Positions 59,401-64,000 of a DNA stretch of 64,000 bases are shown here, in pieces (the stretch's first letter is position 1; every line of letters begins with the position of its first letter). The notes beneath the pieces were generated by a model, which was not told the origin of the DNA, did not search any database, and worked only from the letters and a program-made list of their open reading frames with translations. The position numbers were made by a program, and so were the translations under genes. The stretch spans positions 1 to 64,000 of the forward strand of contig JBIIPZ010000016.1 in assembly GCA_044342325.1 (NCBI GenBank). Reading direction: 5' to 3'. This DNA is from Terrimicrobiaceae bacterium (GTDB taxonomy: Bacteria; Verrucomicrobiota; Verrucomicrobiia; Chthoniobacterales; Terrimicrobiaceae).

Positions 59401-60391
59401 TGTTTGCTCCAAACAAGTCATTTATATCAATGCTTATATCATCGAATACGATAGTTGGCAGCTCACCTCCAGCCAATGACCAGTCCAACTTGAAATCCGT
59501 CGTAATAGCTGGAAGATACTTGATTGGCGTATACTTAAGTCCCAAATCCAAATCGGCTACAATATCAAATCGGTCTTGGTAATCTAAATCCAAGGAATCC
59601 AATTCATCCAATCGCAACAGTTTGTCCGCATCCTTGTCTTGAAATGCACCCACATAAGAAATTTCAAAATCATTTCCCGTTGTGGTGTTGTCTTTGGCCT
59701 CAAAATTGAGGATCGGCATTTCAACTTTACCGCTTGTGCCGTTGAGATTTGCAATCAGTCCGATGGATGCCTCCATCTTATTTTTATTTTGTGCATCCTT
59801 GCCGGTATCAAAGTAAAAACCAGCTTCATCCACGCCAATACTGGCTTTCAGCCCCGCCTCGGCACCCACAGAGAAATTGCCATCCGATTGGAATTGTAAG
59901 AGCTCCGGCATTCCGAATTCCTTATCAATCGGAGCATCGAACTCCCCGGATACTGCAATATCGAAATCCAAACCCCAATTACTACCAGCGCTGGTTGTTC
60001 CGTTTTTAATACTAAGATTCAAGCCGAGATACATGTCGGAACCGAATACTTTAACAGGCTCGTCCGTTCTGTTTTTATAGACAAATGCATCGCGAGTCCC
60101 GGTATTCCCATCGTTGGTAATTCCCAGTTCGTTCAACAGAGCAGTGCCAAATTCCTGTGCGGTAAAAGTGCCATCGGAGATTTTAGCGGCTTGTTTTTCG
60201 AAAACCTTTAGCGAGGCATCCCGAATCGGTGCCAGAATATCAATCTTATCCGTGATTTCATTAATCGATTCGCCTATTCCCGGAATTGGCTTGGCAAGAA
60301 GTTTTTTTGTGACTTCGAGACCTGCACTGTTAAAGAAATTTGACCAGGCATTTTTGAAGTAGTCAGTAATCAATTGATTGGCGTCAGGCAT
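56477..60391 (-). CDS. Large RTX (hemolysin-type Ca-binding repeat) protein, 1304 aa
   Basis: Many GGxGxDxL nonapeptides in the C-terminal half; three repeated units (V.vNL.t...GDtl..IEnl.G); no Sec signal. Confidence 0.92.
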   Translation of the reverse strand: MPDANQLITDYFKNAWSNFFNSAGLEVTKKLLAKPIPGIGESINEITDKIDILAPIRDASLKVFEKQAAKISDGTFTAQEFGTALLNELGITNDGNTGTRDAFVYKNRTDEPVKVFGSDMYLGLNLSIKNGTTSAGSNWGLDFDIAVSGEFDAPIDKEFGMPELLQFQSDGNFSVGAEAGLKASIGVDEAGFYFDTGKDAQNKNKMEASIGLIANLNGTSGKVEMPILNFEAKDNTTTGNDFEISYVGAFQDKDADKLLRLDELDSLDLDYQDRFDIVADLDLGLKYTPIKYLPAITTDFKLDWSLAGGELPTIVFDDISIDINDLFGANSLIYENFQKLKGIVSFSKSFTDALTVEITDLKNLGAPYTLLQLAESTGALNQSTRQFIEWLAQFNKFVDAMTFSSSGIVTLGSISLQDAQKAWEESFDPTKVSVVKTEKDFKDALKKQGWKESDKFEDFAKASADFSSGKFSFPVINDPLTFVGNLLLGQPSDVFTFETPKMDLSADFGVNFPIYGPIAGRLAGSVNAFAQLAGGYDTYGLLSTLEGYYNGEDIGWSTVKAIDGLYLDSNLTKAGVTVGAELSAGLNVGSASIFAGGGLYGNATFGLNDPNSDGKLRIGESLALVFGDTFDPFALLNPSGRLSFEGFVEGRIDWGWASMRRRYVFLAEDLLKYENGQFSTILDKLAGPQAMALAGSTAPAGVVKTQVDEREVYIPVEESGTFNSPEKSVNIVSSSATGEWIWNLQDGDDTIEISGAGISRVDGNDGLDLVSYRLAESGVFLNFATGTHSGSAAAGDVFTDIEQFEGTQHDDTIVAGSQGLVFKGLGGNDSLYGGAGDDIFEGGAGADTINGQGGRDFAIYMESTEAVAVNLSTRTAAGGDATGDTLISIDNLVGSELGDTLTGSKTANYIFGYRGNDFLYGAEGDDSLEGGRGADLIEGGSGSDLVTYDHSFAGVYVNLTTGSLSGGHADGDTLIGIENLAGSDYNDILIGDSFSNAIIGELGDDQLQGAAGADSIIGGVGNDTLYGDLGNDSLYGSSGSNLLDGGLGNDLLVSESSTDTLRGGAGNDSYRISSADVLILEDGDGGFDTIYSTVALSSLPFGIEEIVVEGSPGAVPAVLQTSRTVDRMPEGLRELRLMGSANINANGNSGANAIYGNSGANALVGDLGSDFISGGEGTDTLTGCSTASGRGKGEIDILTGGSGADRFVLGSGGSLYSDGNRKKAGLEDYALITDFSVGEDNLQLSGKAKNYFLKSSGVKGVSGNGLYFDSNKNGAFDKSDELVAIINGSEKLTFQNTIKTAVFA

Positions 60392-60399
60392 TGTTAGGT

Positions 60400-61164
60400 T
60401 TATTGATGCGCCGACTGCAAAGAAGCAGGCGGGGCGGATGATGTGTGGTTTTGGGAAAATTTGAGTTGGCAGGCTTCCGCGATATTTTTAGAAATCGAAA
60501 ATGCCGTAAAAAATATGCCGTAAATGAGTTCTGGCGTTGCTTCGACTGCATCGGGGGATGGAAACTTCAGCTCCGTGCGTTCAATTTGATAGTCCAACTT
60601 CACGGCTCCGGCCTCTGGTTTGGAAAAACGCGGCATATCAAGGTGGACAGTGAGCGGTTCAGCAGAGAATGCGGGACCGCTTACGGAGGATCTTGATGAG
60701 AAAAGCAGGTTCAGTGCCAGAAGAGTCCTGATTTGCTGAGCGCAGTGAAAGTGCGGCGAAAGAAGTTTTTCCAACTGTTCGATCAACTCCTTGATATTGG
60801 GAGGAATGTCCTGAACCCGCTCAAGAATCTCTTTTTTCTTTTGCTCCTCGCTTTGAGCCGAAGACAAAACATGGGCCATTTCCATGAACTGTCGGATTTG
60901 CTCCAAAAAAAGCGCTTGGTGCGCGGACAAATCGCGCAAGGCAGAAGCCAAAATCCAATCTTTTGCTGCCGGCGTGGTCTCCGAAAACGAGGTCGGTCGT
61001 TGAGTGGCGCGAGGTGCTGGCGGCAACGCCGAGAGGTATTGTTTCCACTCCATCTCGCCCAAGCTAAGAAGACCTGCATGTGCAGCAAACACTCCGTCCC
61101 GTAATGCAACGACGCGCTTCACATGCGCATCAACAATCGATTGAAGTTTGATTGGGTCACCCAT
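60400..61164 (-). CDS. Hypothetical protein, 254 aa
   Basis: ATG ORF filling the gap between neighbours; stop lies 8 bp before the RTX start. Confidence 0.75.
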   Translation of the reverse strand: MGDPIKLQSIVDAHVKRVVALRDGVFAAHAGLLSLGEMEWKQYLSALPPAPRATQRPTSFSETTPAAKDWILASALRDLSAHQALFLEQIRQFMEMAHVLSSAQSEEQKKKEILERVQDIPPNIKELIEQLEKLLSPHFHCAQQIRTLLALNLLFSSRSSVSGPAFSAEPLTVHLDMPRFSKPEAGAVKLDYQIERTELKFPSPDAVEATPELIYGIFFTAFSISKNIAEACQLKFSQNHTSSAPPASLQSAHQ

Positions 61165-61242
61165 ATTTAAATCTGCGAAAGAAAGACCATTCTTTAGATT
61201 CTTTGTTCAATACCGGCAAAACATTTTTGAAAATACAACGCT

Positions 61243-61569
61243 CTAAGTAGCGGTCGTTATGAAACCGACATCGGCGATCAAATGAAAACCCGCCGTGAGA
61301 AGAGATTTTCTTTGCGAGGGGTAACAAAGAATTTCTACGGCGAATTTTTTTTCAACAACAGGACTTAAGACCAACCGCGCACGCTCCAACCAAGTGATCG
61401 CGGGCAGAAATTCTGGAGCAAGCCGAAATCGAAAACGGGATACCCCCTCCCCCACGCAGAGCATGACCTGATCGGAGAGCACTTCGGCCTCGCGTGCCGA
61501 AAGCGTGGGTGAAATCACAAATTCTTTCACGCCGGGTGACGCATAGGGATTCACTATAATATTTGACAT
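61243..61569 (-). CDS. Hypothetical protein, possibly a degenerate STAS fold
   Basis: 108 aa; alternating beta/alpha pattern ending RKSLLTAGFHLI. Confidence 0.6.
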   Translation of the reverse strand: MSNIIVNPYASPGVKEFVISPTLSAREAEVLSDQVMLCVGEGVSRFRFRLAPEFLPAITWLERARLVLSPVVEKKFAVEILCYPSQRKSLLTAGFHLIADVGFITTAT

Positions 61570-61624
61570 AGGAATGTTAGTGGAGTTTCGAAAAATTTGA
61601 GTCGGGTCCAGAAAAAATCAAAAG

Positions 61625-62152
61625 TCAACTCCTTTGCCAAATTTTTTGCTCTGAATACCTCGAAGGACGGCGGGTGAGTCCGAAAAGCCAGGCCATATCC
61701 ATATCCCGGTATTCGTGGAGGTCGCCAACAAGGCGCGTATAGAAGTCGCGCAACTTGGGGAGTGGCAACTCACGTTCGTTCACCTGCCCGGCCTTTGAAA
61801 CGCAGCCTCCGATGACCTCGATGAGTTCGCTACGGTGAACCGCATATCGAAGGAAGGCCCCTAGGGAGAGCAAGGGACCAGCGAGCGACTCATTCGATCC
61901 ACTGCGCTGGATATTACAAATAAGAAGCGCCGAGGGATCCGGTTGCCGAAGATGGAGCTCCAGATTCCGCCAAACAAGTCGCACACCCAGAAATGCCGAT
62001 TTGGAGCGGTGCGGCGAGAGCGGAATGGCAGAAATTTTGTAACCATCACCAACGAGTTGACGGGCAAATGGGGATTCCAAGGGATCGGCCAAAATGGCAA
62101 ATTCCTGGAATCGCGCATAAAGCGCGGTCGCCTCGGCTGCAGAGTCCTCCAT
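61625..62152 (-). CDS. LcrR/PcrR-like type III secretion accessory protein
   Basis: FLGVRL...L.LR...LLICNIQR...LAGPL and KLRDFYTRLVG resemble my recollection of Yersinia LcrR; starts 5 bp after the sctU stop. Confidence 0.6.
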   Translation of the reverse strand: MEDSAAEATALYARFQEFAILADPLESPFARQLVGDGYKISAIPLSPHRSKSAFLGVRLVWRNLELHLRQPDPSALLICNIQRSGSNESLAGPLLSLGAFLRYAVHRSELIEVIGGCVSKAGQVNERELPLPKLRDFYTRLVGDLHEYRDMDMAWLFGLTRRPSRYSEQKIWQRS

Positions 62153-62157
62153 CGAGG

Positions 62158-63213
62158 TTACTGGCGTTTGGGTAAGGTTTGAACCCATTTGAGAATCTCC
62201 GCGATGGGAGCCAGCATTTCGTTCGGTATGAAGTCGTCGAGCTTCACATTGTCATAAAGGTGCCGGGCGATACGGGCATTTTGCACAACTGGGACTTGAT
62301 TGTCCTTGGCCACATCGATCATGCGGAAAGCAAGACTGTCGACGCCCTTCACTGTTACTTTCGGCAGCTTGGTGATGCCTGGCTCATAGTAGAGCCCCAC
62401 AGCGTAGTGGGTCGGATTGGTGACGAGCACAGTGGCGCTTTTTGTTTTGCCGACGGTGTCCTCGTTGATCATTTCGCGGTGCAGGCTCTTTCGCTGGCCC
62501 TTGATTTCCGGACTGCCCTCCTGCTGCTTATATTCCCGCTTCACCTCGTCCTTGGTCATCTTCATTTCCCGTGTGAATAAAAATTTCTGTAAAAAATAAT
62601 CCGCTGCGGCCACGACGACATAGACTCCCATGAAGGGGAGAATGAACCACAGGAACATTTTCTCGAACACATTAGGCACGGCTTGGATATCCGTGAGCGG
62701 CAGCTGCATCAACGGGTCGATAGAATCTTTGATAATGAAATAAAGAAGCAGGCTGAGAACGGAAACTTTGAGAAGCGATTTCACAAACTCCATGAGATTT
62801 TTGAGGGAAAAAATCTTCTTCACGCCCTCAATAGGGTTGAGCTTGTTCAGGTCCGGCTTCATGGCTTCAAAGGCAAACATGAAGCCCACTTGAAGGTAGC
62901 TTCCGGCGAGCACGCCCACGATGCACGCGAGAGCAAGAGGGAGGACCACGCTCAATAGCGTCTGCAGCGATTTGGCGGCCATCATGCTGAACGCTGTCGC
63001 AGGATCGTCGTTGGCGACTGCAAGACCTGCCGTGAAAAGCTCCTGAAAACTTTTCACAGTGGTATGGAAAAGGCCCGCCGTGGCAGCCAGAACAAACACA
63101 GTGACAATCGTGGTGGTGACATCCGTGCTCTTCGCGACCTGTCCCTTCTCACGCGCATCGCGCAGTTTTTTGTCTGTTGGCTGCTCGGTTTTTTCGCCGC
63201 TGGATTCGCTCAT
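62158..63213 (-). CDS. sctU: Type III secretion export apparatus switch protein SctU (YscU/HrcU family)
   Basis: GEKTEQPTDKKLRDAREKGQVAKS, KMTKDEVKREYKQQEGSPEIK, autocleavage site NPTH. Confidence 0.93.
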   Translation of the reverse strand: MSESSGEKTEQPTDKKLRDAREKGQVAKSTDVTTTIVTVFVLAATAGLFHTTVKSFQELFTAGLAVANDDPATAFSMMAAKSLQTLLSVVLPLALACIVGVLAGSYLQVGFMFAFEAMKPDLNKLNPIEGVKKIFSLKNLMEFVKSLLKVSVLSLLLYFIIKDSIDPLMQLPLTDIQAVPNVFEKMFLWFILPFMGVYVVVAAADYFLQKFLFTREMKMTKDEVKREYKQQEGSPEIKGQRKSLHREMINEDTVGKTKSATVLVTNPTHYAVGLYYEPGITKLPKVTVKGVDSLAFRMIDVAKDNQVPVVQNARIARHLYDNVKLDDFIPNEMLAPIAEILKWVQTLPKRQ

Positions 63214-63992
63214 TTCAAGACAGTCGAGAGAAACTGCAAAAGGGAGTCTTCGGAAAACATGCCCTTGTCCATACCCCACACGATGGTCGTCGTGTAAAAA
63301 ATGAGCAGGAAGAAAGTAAGGGCGCTCTTCACCGGCATGGAAAAGAAGAAAATATTCAGTTGGGGCACGAAGCGGTTCATCAGACCAAGCCCCAAATCTA
63401 CGAGAGTGAAAACGATCAAAAACGGCGCGGCATACAGAACCGTCATGGCAAAATAGGATACCATGATGCCCGAGATCGCCGCCTTAGCCCCGGGGCCAAA
63501 AGAAGGAAGCATTTCATTGATCGGATAAATCTGGAAGGAAGTCAGCACAGCTGAAAGAAACGCAAAAAATCCACCTGTGACGAAAAAAATGGCCGCACTG
63601 AAGCGGATGAGAAGGTTGGCCGTGGGCGATGTCACCGCGCCAAACATCGGGTTGAAAACACTCGCCGCCGTAGCGCCTCGCTGAAGGTCGATGAGTTCGC
63701 CTGCGCTCGAGATGGCCCAAAAAAGAAGGGAGGCAGGAAGGGCAAGGAGCAAGCCCAGCACGATCTCTTTCGTGCAAAGGGCCAGCATAACGAGGGGCGA
63801 CTGGGAAATTTCGAGCACCTGAGGCATGAGCAAGGGCAGCGCAATGCCGGTTGTAACAATCACAAATCCCCTTCGCGCCAGTCCCGTTGGGCCGCCAAAA
63901 AAAGGCGTTATCAGCAGAGCCACCCCAATCCTCGCCGTGGCGAGGAACATGGAGATCATCCCCACCCCAAAAGCCTCGAAACTCGGGATCAT
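63210..63992 (-). CDS. sctT: Type III secretion export apparatus protein SctT (YscT/HrcT family)
   Basis: KEIVLGLLL, AGELIDLQRG, GLMNRFVPQLNIFFFSMPVKS; ATGA overlap with sctU. Confidence 0.93.
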   Translation of the reverse strand: MIPSFEAFGVGMISMFLATARIGVALLITPFFGGPTGLARRGFVIVTTGIALPLLMPQVLEISQSPLVMLALCTKEIVLGLLLALPASLLFWAISSAGELIDLQRGATAASVFNPMFGAVTSPTANLLIRFSAAIFFVTGGFFAFLSAVLTSFQIYPINEMLPSFGPGAKAAISGIMVSYFAMTVLYAAPFLIVFTLVDLGLGLMNRFVPQLNIFFFSMPVKSALTFFLLIFYTTTIVWGMDKGMFSEDSLLQFLSTVLK

Positions 63993-64000
63993 TGCGATAG

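Overview
Bacterial chromosomal window; the protein sequences look verrucomicrobial, probably Chthoniobacterales/Spartobacteria (inference from recalled family resemblance, no search run). It has three zones. (1) 1-~5200 is the right end of a defence/accessory island: partial YhcG/DUF1016 nuclease, a frameshifted type I restriction R subunit, RadC/JAB, an intact VapBC-type pair, a decayed RelBE/YafQ-type pair and a REP-like hairpin. (2) ~5200-48000 is mostly housekeeping: pyrE, a stand-alone rplK, pstSCAB-phoU with a PHO-box-like site, lpxI operon, ribH-nusB-ftsY, msrA/msrB, ftsH, pyrD, sthA, tpiA, DAHP synthase, manA, an Hsp70 variant, cfa and a GH151-like glycosidase with an AraC regulator. 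(3) 48082-64000 is an accessory secretion locus and the most interesting part. It holds the distal end of a non-flagellar type III secretion operon (sctT-sctU-lcrR-like, two unknown ORFs, then a 1304-aa RTX protein on the same strand). Facing it are a membrane-anchored protein carrying only an SctD-like C-terminal domain, a DAACS transporter fused to a solute-binding domain and two exported proteins, plus an RND pump whose adaptor lacks the alpha-helical hairpin and has no local TolC. No tRNA, rRNA, CRISPR array or transposase was recognised.
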